A stretch of 64,000 bases of DNA from NCBI GenBank assembly GCA_000182565.2, contig KQ257453.1. One strand, given 5' to 3'. Under the pieces are notes generated by a model, which made no database searches, was not told the origin of the DNA, and saw only the letters and a program-made list of their open reading frames with translations. A program made the position numbers and the translations under genes. Below are positions 45,567 to 58,441 of this stretch, piece after piece. Origin of the DNA: Spizellomyces punctatus DAOM BR117 (lineage: Eukaryota). Position 1 is the first letter of the stretch. Every line of letters starts with the position of its first letter.

Positions 45567-48018
45567 TCACTTTCCCATGTGTACAAGTGTCCTATCTACA
45601 GTACCACCCCGCTCTGCCCTATATGTTCTTATCAAATCTCGGACGTGCTCTTTCACAGCTCGATCACGCTCTTCCACATATGCGTCCAGTTGAATGTACC
45701 GCTTGTCCTCCTACAATGTAATGAAATGAATACCTCCATAACAGTCCGTTTGGCCACAAAGCTCAACCTACCATCAAAACCTTCATAATCTCCTCCAGAC
45801 TGATGTGACCCCATTCATCCCCTTCCTTTGGTTCACCTTCGCCCTTCTCCAACGATTTTGCTCGAGTTTCAACAACCGCCTGCTTAACGTGGAACTTTAC
45901 AAAATTGTTTTCGCGTAAGAGTTCTAAAAGATCGCTTTGAGCCTTTTCCTTTCGTTCGGCTTGAAACCTTTCAAACGTTCGCTTTACGACGTCTTCAAGT
46001 TCATCAAGATCGTCGGAAGACGCCAATTTGCGCGCACGTGGATCCTGCAATATCCAGCCGCGAACCTGGTCCCATGTGGTAGTCAGATCAGTGGTATCTT
46101 TCAAGGCCGAATGGAAGGCGGCTAGCCGTTTCTCTTGTAGACGCGCCAAATGATCGGAAAACAAACGTTCTTTCTGCATGTCGTCAAGAGCGCGACATCT
46201 ATCCCAACGTGAATCACGCTCCAAGGATGAACGTGCATCTCTCCACTTTGCATCGGCGTTACGCACAAAATCAACTAGAATGGTCTGGAACAAAGTTGTC
46301 GCATCTTCTTTTTGAAGGGATTCCCTATGCATGTTCCTTTCTCTATTCAACCGACTTTGTTCCCGGCGCACTTGCGCTTCACGCTCACGAAGACTTGCTT
46401 CCTCCCTCGCCTTTCTGTCCCGTTCCTTTCTCTCTTTCTCCAGCCGCCTTTGATGTTCCTCATCCTCTTCTGTCAGTTTTCGGATATATTCTCGGAAAAT
46501 CTCCTCACGCTCTCCAGATGATCGCACAGCTTGATACCGGCGATCATCTTCAATCAGCCGTTTGATCCTTCTCCAGCTTGCGTCGACGTCGACCTCTTTC
46601 GTCTCTCTCAACAGCTGAATAAAGCCGTCCTTCGCAGCGCGGGTTTCCGATCGTTTGCGTTCTAGCTCATTTCCTTTCAACGCCGCAATATGTGCTTTGA
46701 AAAGGGGTTCACGTTCTTTGGCATCAAACCGCGCAAATCGCTCGTCTCGTTTGAACTTGCGGCTAAAGTCGTCCCAGCGTGTGCGATAAGTGACTTCGTC
46801 TTTCAAAAGCGACAAGTACGCCTCTTTCGTATCCTGCATAATGCCCCAAGCGAGTTTATTATATACCCGGGATCACATATTCGATCGTTTCAACTGCTAC
46901 CTTCACTTTGTGCTTCTTCTCTTCGCGGAGTTCTACTACCCGAACTTTGCAGTACTGCTCGAAAACTTGTTTTCTTTCTTTCAGGGTGCCAATCACTACC
47001 ATGCGATTTGAATGAATCAATGGCAGGCTGAATAATTAAAAGTACAGCAGGATACCTACATGTATATCGTCTATCATGAATGATTTTAGGAAGTTCCTTT
47101 TCCCAAGTTGAATACGGCGATACGTCCATTTCGCGCAACAGTTTTGTAAACTCTTCATTCTTTTGTTCCTGTGTCAAAGCTTCTGCTTTAATTTCATCTC
47201 CAGAAGGCTCTGGAGCCTCATCCTCTTTTCTCCGTTTTGCCACGCCCTCTGCTTCCTCATTATCTTCCGCCTTTCGTTTTGATGCGGTTCCAGTAGCATT
47301 CACGTCGACCTCTTCATCCATCACCTCTTTCGGCTCATTCTCCGGTTCAGCCTCGGAATGAAATTCATCACCATCCTCGCCGATGTCTACTCCCATCGCC
47401 TCTGCAATCAACTGTCCAATCAAATCACCAATTTCATCGGGCATATCCCACACGGATTCCTTGGTTTCCATATTATAAAAGAATTCATGATCCTTGCTCG
47501 TGAGTACAATTGTCCATTTAGTGGATGGAAGCTTCTTCATGCCAATGGGATGCTCGCTGGCAGGGGCACTAGGCGGTGTAGCCTTTCTCTCCGAGTTTTC
47601 GTCTGTTCCTGCTGGTTTCAGTTGCTTGGAAGTCTGGAGAATTTGTTGAGCGGGCGCTCCAGCCATAGGTGGTCGCGGCGGCGGTGGAGGTGGTCGGTAT
47701 TCGGCTGGTCGTTCCCATCTGCTTTCTTTTGTGATCTACAAAACTTGCTGGTCAGTGTCCGACGAGAAAGTAGTAAGGTAAGCGGGATCGTACAGAATTG
47801 TAGTAGTAGAAAGACCCATTCGGATCTCGATGCTCTGACCAAGCCAGATGGACAGGAGGAGGGCCTGGCGGAGGAGGTGGGGGGCGAATGGGAAGCTGGC
47901 CGTTTCCCGGACTGGCAGCACCGGGCTGCGACACTGGCAGTTGACGTGGCGGACGCTGCCGTTGTGGAGGTCTTGTGCGTGGTGCGGCGGGGTCGTATTC
48001 GGGGTCAAGAGGGTCCAT
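45567..48018 (-). CDS. TCERG1/CA150-like WW and FF domain splicing/elongation factor
   Basis: Two WW domains ('WSEHRDPNGSFYYYN', 'WTIVLT...FFYNMETKESVWDMP') and several FF domains ('FTKLLREMDVSPYSTWEKELPKIIHDRRY', 'FIQLLRE...W...KRLIEDDRRY'). Confidence 0.88.
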
Positions 48019-48677
48019 CTTTATGTAGATCTCGCTCTTACAGAGTGATATTCAAAATACCGTACGTCGCGAACAAATTGAACGAGTCCATGTGGCTTAG
48101 CATTGCTTATGGAGCTGCCAGTTCAACTTTTAACTTTGCAGAAGATTGTGTATTTGGATTAACAGTTGGCACTTTTTACGATAGGCAGATCATATCCGTA
48201 CAGATAAAGGAATAGGCTGTAATTGCTCTTTTGCTGATCGCACCCCCACCATCGCAACGACAGTCGTTGCAGGAATCGTGCAAACGACAGCCGTAGCGGG
48301 ACAATGAGGAATCGCTTACTGCAAACAATCCCAACGTAGGTTGCTTGATAACCAAACCCTTCAGTAATCGCTGGAAGCAACCACCCTTTACCCCCGCCGG
48401 ACCGCTCACCCTTTGCACACAATGATCGAGGCTTTGCAAAGCAAGCGGATTGGGGCATCTCTCACGTGACTAGTGGATGAGTCATTCGACGGCCGTGCCT
48501 TTGGTGTGTTGGGATCCTTTGCCCGTACGCGCTCAGAGTTTTTGGTTGTGTTTTCCATCTTGCAGCAGCATCCTTCTGCTTGTTGTCGAGAGCAGCTTTA
48601 TCGTGGGAGGGCGTGCAAAGGGTTTTCAACGTATAGTTGCTTGTCCTGCTGCTAGATAATAGGTTGAAGACCCAGTC

Positions 48678-51600
48678 ATGGCGAGTCCACCTCCCCCTTT
48701 CCCGCAACAGTCGCATATGAGACCAGGAATGCCTCCAACAGGACCACAGCCTGGAGGGCCGGCTCCGAGACCACTTCCTCTTCAAGGTGCATTGCCAAAC
48801 TCACCTGCCATGTTCCGACCACAGAGGCCACCAGCCGGTCCTGGAGGTGCTTTCACCGCTCCGGGACAACCTCAGGCGCATGGCCAGCCAGGAGTGCCCA
48901 CCTTTGGAGGTTCACAGCCGGTTGGTCCACCGAATGGAGGGCAGCAGTTTAGGCCGTCACCACTTCATCATCAGGGTAAGTCTATAATTTTGCTTTTTGT
49001 ATTTTTTTTGCTGCAAAGATCAGTTGGATGAACGCGCCTGGCCCATCCATCTTTCCGTTTTTCATTTCTGCTTGACTAGACTCATTCCGACAATCGAGCG
49101 CTTCGCTGCCCGGATTGCAACCTGGACAGCAAGCAGGACATCAGCCGGGGTATCAACCTGTATCACAACCAGGCCCGCAAGCTGGACATCATCCTGGGTT
49201 TCAGCCTGTATCACAGCCGGGCCTGCAAACGGGGCATCAGCCGGGTTACCAGGCCATGTCGCAACCAGGCCCACGTCCCATGCCTCCGCAAGCAATCTCG
49301 CCGGTTCCGCCTGGGTTTGGCCGACCACAACCAGGTTCAGCGCAAAGCGCTGGAGGCCTGGGAACCATGACGCCTGCTTCCGTTCCTGCTTCCGCTCCTA
49401 TGCAACCACAGCAACCACTAACCTCATCAGTACCTGGTGCCCCACAGCAACTATCGCAGCCTCCTACATCAGGAATGCCTGCTATGGATGGATTGGCAAA
49501 TCAAGTTGGTGCGATGCACATTGGACCTACTGGCGGGTCGCGCTCGACGAGAGCAAAACGCGTTTACGCATCGCCTCCAGGTTCTACAGCTGATCTTCAT
49601 GCCCCCGGAGGACAGGTGCCACCTATGCCTGGAGTTGGTGCTCAGCAATACGGAGCTCAGTTTGGACAACCTGGCATGCCTGGTGTTTCGGGACCGCAGG
49701 TCGGACAGCCTTCTGCATTTGGGCACGGTCCCGGGCAGCCTGGTTTGCATCCCCATCCCGGACAGTCACTGCAACAAGGTATGCCGTCGCAGCCCGTGCC
49801 TCCGTCATTTATCCCACAACCCGGCCCTGGCTTTGCCCAAGCTCCCACGTTCCAGCATCCATCCCAGCCTAGCATGCAACCGGGTATGCAACCTGGTATG
49901 CAACCCGGAATGCAACCTGGAATGCAACCCGGAATGCAACCTGGAATGCACCCCTCCCAGGCAGCCCCTCCGCAAGCTCGTTCACGAATTGACCCAAATC
50001 AAGTGCCCAGTCCGATCTTGGTACAGGAAAACGATCAGGCAATTTACCAAAATGCACCCTACTCCACGACATCCCGATCGGTCCCTCCCCTTGCGTCTAC
50101 AATTTTTAAAGCAATCGATGACGGGACATGTAACCCTAGATTCATCCGCCTGACCACATATAACATCCCTTGTACCGAAGAATTGGCGAATACTACATCA
50201 GTGCCACTGGGATTGGTTGTACAACCATTAGCCAATCTCAGTCACGAGGAGGATCCTATCGAAGTCGTCGATTTTGGAGAGCAGGGGCCAGTACGATGTA
50301 ACCGATGCAAGGCGTATGTGAATCCGTATTTCCGCTTCATTGATGGTGGGAGAAAATTTGTTTGCAACTTGTGTTCATTTGAGAATGAAGTGGCACCGGA
50401 GTACTTTATGAACCTTGATATGAGTGGACGCCGTATGGACATTATGCGACGACCAGAGCTGAGGAGAGGAACTGTTGAATTTATTGCGTCCAAGGAATAC
50501 TGTGCTCGTCCGCCGAAACCAGCGTCATACGTCCTTGCTATCGATGTTTCATGGAATGCTATTCAGAGTGGGATGTTGAAACGTGCAGTCGAAGCGATTC
50601 GTGAGCTGCTCTATGCCCAGGAAAAGACCCTCCCTCCTGGTACAAGGGTGGGCATCATGACATTCGACAAGTCCGTGCATTTCTACAATCTGAAACCGAC
50701 ATTGGATCAACCTCAAATGCTGGTGGTACCGGACATTGGCGATATTTTCGTTCCTTTGAACGAAGGTTTTCTAGTAGATCCCACCGAATCACGATCGGTC
50801 ATTGAGAATTTACTCGACACTCTGCCGACAATTTTTGAAGGGAACAGAATTAGTGAGCCTGCACTTGGTGCGGCGGTCCAAGCTGCTTATGCGGCACTCA
50901 AGGAGTATGGAGGGAAATTGACCGTTTTTCAGACGATGCTCCCAACCTTTGGACCTGGGCCGCTCAAGAATCGGGAAGACATTAAATTGTTGGGTACCGA
51001 CAAGGAGCGAACTCTGTATGAGCCACAAGAGTACTTTTGGAAAAAGCTGGCTCAAGATTGCTCGCAAAGTGGTATCTGCGTTGACATGTTCCTGTTCCCA
51101 ACGGCGTACATAGATGTAGCCACGATTGGAAGTTTGTCGGCTATTACCGGAGGTGATCTGTATCAGTACGTCAACTTTGACGTCAACCGGGACGGACTGC
51201 GGTTCGCAGAAGATCTTAAGCGCTCTTTGACGCAATTGTTCGGTTACGATGCATTGTTGCGAATTCGGGCATCAAATGGTCCGTCCCATCCTGCTCTCTA
51301 GTGGTTTGAATATCCACAGCTCACAGCCTTCTATCTTCTAGGCTTGAAGGTTGTCGAGCATTTTGGCAACTTTTACATGAAGAACAGTACCGATGTCGAG
51401 CTGGCCGGTCTCACCTCTCAGACAGCAATAGGAGTTGCCATCAAACATGATGGCAAATTGGACGAGAAACAAGAATCGGCTTTCCAAGCCGCTCTGTTGT
51501 ACACAACAGCCACCGGCGAACGACGCATTAGGGTACACAATATATCAGTTCCGAATACGGCGCTGTTGGGAAATGTCTTCCGGTATGCAGAAATGGACAC

Positions 51601-52831
51601 AACTATTAACTACCTAATGAAAGCAGGTATGGGTCACTTGTCCCGTGCTAGTTTTAGTATGTACGCTAAATGAAAACCATGGGAACTAGCGATCGCACAA
51701 ACTGTCAACTCTTCACTCAAAGCAGTGAGAGATCGACTAGCAGAAAAATGTGTCAAAATCCTGGCCGCCTATCGTAAACACGCCGCCTCATCATCATCTC
51801 CCGGACAGGTACGCCACATATCTCGTCTCCTGGCGTTCTGTAGAGCTATTCTAATAAAGAGCCTCTGTACCAGCTCATCCTTCCTGAATCCTTCAAGCTG
51901 TACGCGCTCTACACATTGTGTATGCTCAAGTTAAAGGCGTTTCGTGGAGGTAGGCGAGCTTGCAGTACGATAATTCTACTAAGACAGATGCTGAACGTCG
52001 TCAACAGGACCGGAGATGTCGACAGATGTGCGTGTGTTCAACATGCGCATGCTGAAAGCCCTTGGCGTTCCCGAATCGATTCCACTCTTGTATCCTCGTC
52101 TCATGCAGTTGCATGAACTACCTCCGCAGGTAAAACGATTGAGGGAGTGCTATCTACGTGTGAGCCTTTACCAACAGGATTCGTTGACCTTGCTATAGTG
52201 CGGAGAAGTAGATGAAAGGGGAAGAATAAGACTGCCGCCGCTTATCAGAGTATCACAAGAACGCCTGAGCTCGGCTGGTGCTTATGTTATCGGTATGATC
52301 TCTTTCAAGCTTGTTTTGTATGAACTGCCGGTAACCATTGGCTTTTTGATAGAAAACGGTCAGCAGATAATGATTTGGCTCGGCCGCGGTATTTCGCAAG
52401 AGTTTTTGCGAAGTGTTTTTGGCGTTGATAGCCTGGATGCCGTTGATTCCAAAATGGTGAGCAACGTGGTGCAGTAGATGCCAAGCATACGGCGGAAACT
52501 GATCAAGCGTTTTCCGTATCAGCGTACCATTCCTGCGTTTGATAACCCGACGTCCGTTCGCACGCGAGCAATACTGGACCAGTTGCAAGCTGACCGTGCA
52601 AGATATCTTTATCTTCAAATCGTGCGGCAACAGATGGACCAGTTTGCGGAAGTCGAGTTCAACAACCTTTTGGTAGAGGACCAGAACCTGGATAACATGA
52701 CATACGTTGATTACCTGGTCGCTGTGCATAGGTAAGGACCAACTGTTGTACAAGGCTAAATTGGCCCACGTGTCTAAATCCTTACTCGGAAATCGTGCAG
52801 GCAAATCCAAATGGAGCTTTCCGCGTCATAA
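48678..52831 (+). CDS. SEC24: COPII coat subunit Sec24 (Sec24C/D, Sfb3-like)
   Basis: Pro/Gln/Gly-rich N-terminus, 'RIDPNQVPSP', zinc finger 'RCNRCKAYVNP...FVCNLC', trunk 'AIDVSWNAIQSG', 'ERRIRVHN', and a gelsolin-like C-terminus. Confidence 0.95.
49874..49945 (+). repeat. Coding 12-nt tandem repeat, six copies (MQPG)
   Basis: (atgcaaccNggW)6 inside the Sec24 N-terminal low-complexity region. Confidence 0.9.
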
Positions 52832-53146
52832 TGAAGACAAGATACCCTTGAATAGTGGGACTTTGGGGTATTGCTGTCAGCTTGACTGGCATATTGAGAG
52901 TTGGGAGTGAACAAGTTCTGAGAATCTCTTATGCATTTTTGTGCAATTAAATGTACTTAGACCTCTCCTACATATTCTGATGCGAGGGATTTTAGCTGTT
53001 CTGCCTATAGTGAGTTATATCTATACTAGCTACGCGCGGCTTGCGTATCCACTGGTGCAGAGGTCCAGGAGTGAACGTCCCCTCACAAGTTTGCCTTCCC
53101 GGCTCGTCTTGCCTGTCGGGTAAGCAAGAGGTTGATTTGTGGGAAG

Positions 53147-54594
53147 CTACTGCTTCTCAGCAAGAACTTTGCGCACCGCCTCCATGACTTGGTCGTGAAT
53201 CTTCCCATTTGTGGCGACTACCCCCTTGTTTGCTCTCAAGGTACGACCGAGGGAGAAATCCAGAGGTTTTCCGTAGACGTCGCACGTTTGACCACCCGCT
53301 TCTTGGACTAGTAGAGAGCCACCAGCATGATCCTATCCCATTCAATAGTAACGATGAGCGTAGTGACCGAAGAGTGTTGAGAGCCGCCCGGCACATACCC
53401 AAATCTTTTCTTCATACGTCGCGCTGACAGGTAGTCGCAGATAGATGTCAGCATCACCTCGCGCCAACACCCCATATTTGCATTGACTGTCCATTCTCAC
53501 AGACGGCTTGGTGATTCCTAATAGAGAGGCAATCTTGGCTGCATCGCCTTGTGACGAATGACCCGCTTCAACTGACTCGCAGAATAGTGCATCTGCCGGG
53601 TTCGAGGTGTTGCTAACGTGGATGCGTCGCTCTTCCGTGCTTGCAAATGTTCGCTAGACAGATTGCTCAACCACGAGTTCAATAATAGAAATGCAGGACT
53701 GGAAATGACTTACCATATACGCCCCTTCACCTTTGACGGCAGTGAACAGGCACCCACGCTCCCCATCTGGTTTGGAAAGTTCTACTGGAAGGTTGGGACA
53801 ACCTAATACTCCCAGTTGAACTTGTCCATCCACAATCAGGGCCAAACACACTGCAAACTGCTCTCCTCGCAAAAATCCTTTTGTTCCGTCTGGTCATGAC
53901 CATAGAGAGGTATTAAGTGATGGGTGTGAGAGATGGGCGCAATAACTTTCGACATTTACCAATAGGGTCTAATGTCCAGAATCGACCTTTTGGCCCCCCG
54001 GTGTACATTCCCAAATCGATCGCTTTAAGTATCTGTTTCACCGTTCATGTTATAAAATCCATCACCGAAAACAGCGGGTTACAAGGGTGCTGAATGCTCA
54101 CCTCGTCGGTGGACATTGGTGAGTCCACGACACTGTTTGCAAGGTCAACAACTTTATCGCACGTTGCCTTGTTTTGCTGGAGTTCCGATGAATCCTCTTC
54201 GCCAACAATCGGGTCGTTTGGAAACGCAGCGTGAAGGATAGAGTTGACAACAGCTTGCGCTCCATAATCTGCGACTATTGAGGACATTGCGGTTCAACCC
54301 AACTGCCTGGGATGATTGCCGCACTTTTGCATGATAATCTCTTACCAGTGACTGGAGACTTGTCCTTTTTGCTAATAGTTTCTGCTGACACAAGGTGTTG
54401 AAATACTGTTTGGCATAACTTTGACGCCCGAAGGACTGCCTCCACGGCGATCGCTCGCTCTTTTGCCAGTACTTTTCAATATGGTAGTTAGATGTCAAGC
54501 AAAAATAGCTGCCAGTAGCAAGACGATACTCACATAGAGTAGACATGTGGATATAGCGTTTGACGGGGCGAATTCGGCGAACGAAACCCAGCAT
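53147..54594 (-). CDS. MET22: 3'(2'),5'-bisphosphate nucleotidase (HAL2/MET22)
   Basis: 'KKDKSPVT|ADYGAQAVV', 'IVGEED', 'FWTLDPIDGTKGFLRGEQFAVCLAL', 'FCESVEAGHS', 'MDSQCKY', 'YEEKIW|DHAG'. In-frame ATGs at 54594 and 54546. Confidence 0.93.
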
Positions 54595-54647
54595 TGATGA
54601 TTTTGAATCTCTTAAAAGATCACAGCGAACAAAATGATGGACGTGTT

Positions 54648-54660
54648 TTGCCATGGCAAC
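54648..54660. promoter_or_regulatory. RFX X-box (TTGCCATGGCAAC)
   Basis: 13 of 14 match to the palindromic X-box GTTGCCATGGCAAC, in the divergent HAL2/BTB intergenic region. Confidence 0.55.
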
Positions 54661-54993
54661 AAGTCCAAAATGCGTCGAGCGAGTTTCGAACCCCTCTGAT
54701 AAATCTTTAATGCCGCTTTGGGATTATCGACGCCAGCCGTTTTGCTCGCTGCCCAAGCAGGCTTAAAAAACTCGCACGAGGACATCAGCGTCGATGAACA
54801 AGCTCTCGTTCGCAAACGCATCGTGATTGTTGGGCCTCATTGCAGAGTCTTGGGTTTGAGAAAATCAAAGAGTGTAAGACATTTGTTTTCCATTTGGCCG
54901 TGAGGCAGTTTGCGCAGTTTCAGATGTGCTCAGCTATCAACGTCATACAGGGCTATTTGCACGCTTACCTCCAATTGCACCTTTCCATCACAT

Positions 54994-56632
54994 ATGGCTT
55001 TGCCTACCCATGACCAACCTCCACCTTCACATAGTATAGCTGGCAGAGGTCATTCCATGGACGATCAACCCGAAAACCTTTTCCTACCGTTTGTGTACGG
55101 TCCGCCCTCTCGCTCTGGCCTCCCATGGTCAACCCTAGTCCTCTACGCGCTTGCCACAGTCGGAATTCTCTCCCTATTCCTGCATCTCTCGGGCGGTCGC
55201 CAAAGAAAACCATCCAAAAGCCATAAGCGAAGACGAAAAGTGACCAAACAGGTCGTTCCAACCCCCACTGGCGGCTTAGCAGATGCATCCGAAGCTCAGC
55301 TTACAAAGTTGGTGCAAGTCGAAGAGGAAGAAGAGACAGAATCAGATGAGGACGAAACTCCGCGACGCGGTAAGGACAAGTATTTTGACTGATCGGCAGG
55401 CGATGATGACTGACGTTTACATTATCTACACTTGAAGATTACGGCAAAGTCGTCGGTGATACTCTGACAAATGCGATGGTTAATGGTAGGTACCAGATGG
55501 TCTAAGCATGTATTCTTCAGCACGGTAACAGTTGGATTTTCACAGGCGCTGTCCTACTTAAGCGTAGTCCAATCCCAGATTTGCTAGCATCTATGACTGG
55601 GTATGGGTTGGAAGGCTACAAGCGTGTAAATAACGCTTTTAACGTTGAGGAGAAGATGGTGAAAGCAAGTCAGAAAGCCGTCTCTGCTGGAATACAGGCA
55701 ACTGGTATCTTTGCGCATGCGGCGATCAAGGCCGGCCTCGCCTATCAAATGGCCCCAGGCCGGCGGGAGAAAGTGCAAAGATTGGCTATACGCGAAGGCA
55801 CGGATGACGAAGACAAGCGAGTAAAGGTTGTACGAATTATAGAGAACGCCGTTCCAGGCAGTATACCCCCACCGGTACTGGTGGATGTCTCAACGCAGAC
55901 GGACGAGGATCTCGTTAATGGAGAAGCTACCGGGCCAGCTACTGCGACGGGTGGTGTTTCGAGCGTCCTTGCTTCTTACCTTGCCTCTTCTCTCCGTGTG
56001 GCGGGGAACGTTGCCACCGCCAGCAGTGAAGTGGTGCTCGGTAAAGATCGGACACTGAAACTTTTGGGGGTGGACCCGATAGAAGCTCGGCGCAATCCAG
56101 ACGCTCCCGAGGATGGGAATGTGAGATATATCAACGTCGGAGGTATTCTGTATGCAACTACTCTCGAAACGTTGACTGCTGCCGAAGGTTCTCTCCTTGC
56201 CGAATGGTTTGGAGATGAAAGCAAGCGGGCTAGTCTGGAGATCAAGGATGGTAGTTATTTCCTTGACAGAGATGGTAAGGCGGAACCCCGCACTTGAATA
56301 ATGAGAATTGCATAGCTTAACATTTCTTGGCAGGTACGCACTTTCGACACATCCTAAATTATTTGCGCGGTCTACCGACGCACGATACTATGTCGGGTGC
56401 CGCCTCACTAAAGCAGCTACTGCTGGAAGCTGAATTTTACCGACTTCCTGACCTAGCCGACGATGTGGCGCGTCGAATTACAGAGGTGGAGCTCGAGGAA
56501 CAAAGTGTGATGGAACTAGTAGACAAGTTAGTTCGCCGCGTGATTCCTGGTGGAATTTCCGGGCGTGCGGTGCTTTTGGCGGGGAATGCATTGCTTGTGG
56601 CTACTGCTATCGGTATTTTGTGGCTATATTGA
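54994..56632 (+). CDS. KCTD-type BTB/POZ protein with N- and C-terminal hydrophobic segments
   Basis: 'INVGGILYATTLETL...SLLAEWF...YFLDRDG|THFRHILNYLR...LLLEAEFYRL'. TM-like 'LVLYALATVGILSLFLHL' and terminal 'VLLAGNALLVATAIGILWLY*'. Confidence 0.82.
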
Positions 56633-56898
56633 GCTTAATGGGGCTGAAAATTGGAAAGGTTTGTATGATACATATACTCTAGATGCTCTTTTCGGGCAAA
56701 ATATTATAATCCATTCGCATTCTTCTCGTAAATGCATCCCATCAGCACATGTAAAACAAGATGTCGATATCTTTTAGTGTAGAGGTGACAGAAACTGGCA
56801 CTAGCTACTACACCAGGGAATAAACCGGCGACAACTGGTTCGGAAAAGCTAACTAACTACTAATAGGCAATTATACACGCAATACGTAACGGTTGGTT

Positions 56899-57231
56899 CT
56901 AACCGGATAATTGCCCACCACCGCACGCGGTCCCTACTAGGCCTTGATCCAGAACTCTTGATGGCATTGAAGCCAGAGTCTTCGCAACATTGGGGAGACT
57001 CGCAAGCTGGGGGATTTTCAGTGACAAGGCTTGGAGACTAAAAAAACTGCATGTCAGAAGATGACCCAATGACAAGAAATAAAATGATGCAATCAGTACA
57101 TACCAACCAAGCTCAACTAATGTGGCAGCATAATAGCAGCTTTGTTGGTTCCAAGTGATTGTTGCTGGTTCCAGTTGGTTGTAGTCATCGGGAGGGTGAG
57201 GTCCTCGGCACCACCACATCTGCATTCGCAT
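56899..57231 (-). CDS. Small orphan protein, about 88 aa after removing an in-frame 66-nt intron
   Basis: Strong start context 'caaccATG' and TATAAAAAA about 115 nt upstream. Canonical intron 57103-57038 (GTATGT...CTGAC...TAG) preserves the frame. Confidence 0.65.
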   Translation of the reverse strand: MRMQMWWCRGPHPPDDYNQLEPATITWNQQSCYYAATLVELGWYVLIASFYFLSLGHLLTCSFFSLQALSLKIPQLASLPNVAKTLASMPSRVLDQGLVGTACGGGQLSG

Positions 57232-57687
57232 GGTTGGACTTGAGAGTCATGATGAGGGTTGCGATGTGGGTCGCGATGAGTGTTGTGCAGATGGTTTGAG
57301 AGTCAAGGAACTGGTGAGGAAGGGGAGAGATAGCAAAAGGCCCCCTTTTTATAGACCTTTGGCATGCGCCTCACCGCAGTTCTTTTTTAAAAATATTAGC
57401 ATGCCACACCGCAGTTTGGAGACCATTAGCATGCATGCCTCACCGCTTTGAGCGATAGATGGGGGTGCTGATTATGCGATATGATTAACCGGATTATCCG
57501 GATAATAATGGATCCTAGTGCCATTTTCAATCACCTCCACACTATGTTCCATTCACGTGTTGCGCAGCAAGACACCAGCCTAAGCCACCCGAGATTACGA
57601 AGGCGCTTTGGGGCTCCGAACATTTGACCATTATCCAAAGGATTTCATCCAAAGGCTTGCCGTACTTGAGGTTTTTAGCAAGGCAAA

Positions 57688-58406
57688 ATGACGACGGAGA
57701 TCGTTCGCGCTCTGCGGGCACGGCCGCCAGCACCGACTGCATCGGAAATGTTTCATGCGAATATCAAAAAAGGAAGCTTAAACGTTGAGACTTCTGGAGG
57801 CATTATGCATGTGAGTGCCGGCATGGCGGACCTCGCCGTGGTTCCTGCAAATTCTGTATATGGCCATGTCAGCGCCAAGGCAAAGTCGACGAAAGCCACT
57901 GACAGTACTCCCACTCGGAGACCATCACAATTGGTGGTTAAAGCACCGGATGAGCAAATATCGGAATATCCAAGAAGAAGGGCCATGTCGGCGAGAAGGG
58001 CATCAGAGTACACTCCGGTAAGGGACAGTAAGAGCAAAACTCCACTGGTGATCACACATGAGAACGTTACTGCGCTTGCCAAAATGTCCAAAGGTAGGGC
58101 TGCGCTATGCATTGGTCAGGGATTAACCTTTGCGTTTCCCGCAGTGCTAATGATGTTAATGACATGTACATAGCAAAAGATTCGAGTTCGGAGACATGCA
58201 CCGCTCGTAGAAATCGCAGTGGTAGTGCACCACCGGCAGTGGCACGAGTTTTGGGTATCGCAGAGAAGGGAGATGCGTCGCAGCGCCGCAAATCAGTCGT
58301 TTTTAAGAATGATGGTCGTCCACCATCGGTTCTTGCGGCTACTGATAGAGCTCCTGCTGAACAAAGGCTTTCAAAGTATGAAATAAAATCTAATTATCAA
58401 AAGTGA
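57688..58406 (+). CDS. Hypothetical basic, Ser/Arg-rich, probably disordered protein
   Basis: Two ORFs joined in frame by intron 58094-58173 (GTAGGG...TAG). Several RRxS motifs. No recognised domain. Confidence 0.6.
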
Positions 58407-58441
58407 CATATATATGTACAGTCCAAAAATGGCCAACCACT

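Noticed and set aside
47358..48215. Long antisense ORFs (285 aa here, also 10252-10869 and 24040-24621)
   Set aside because: Shadow frames opposite well-supported genes, with no recognisable motifs.
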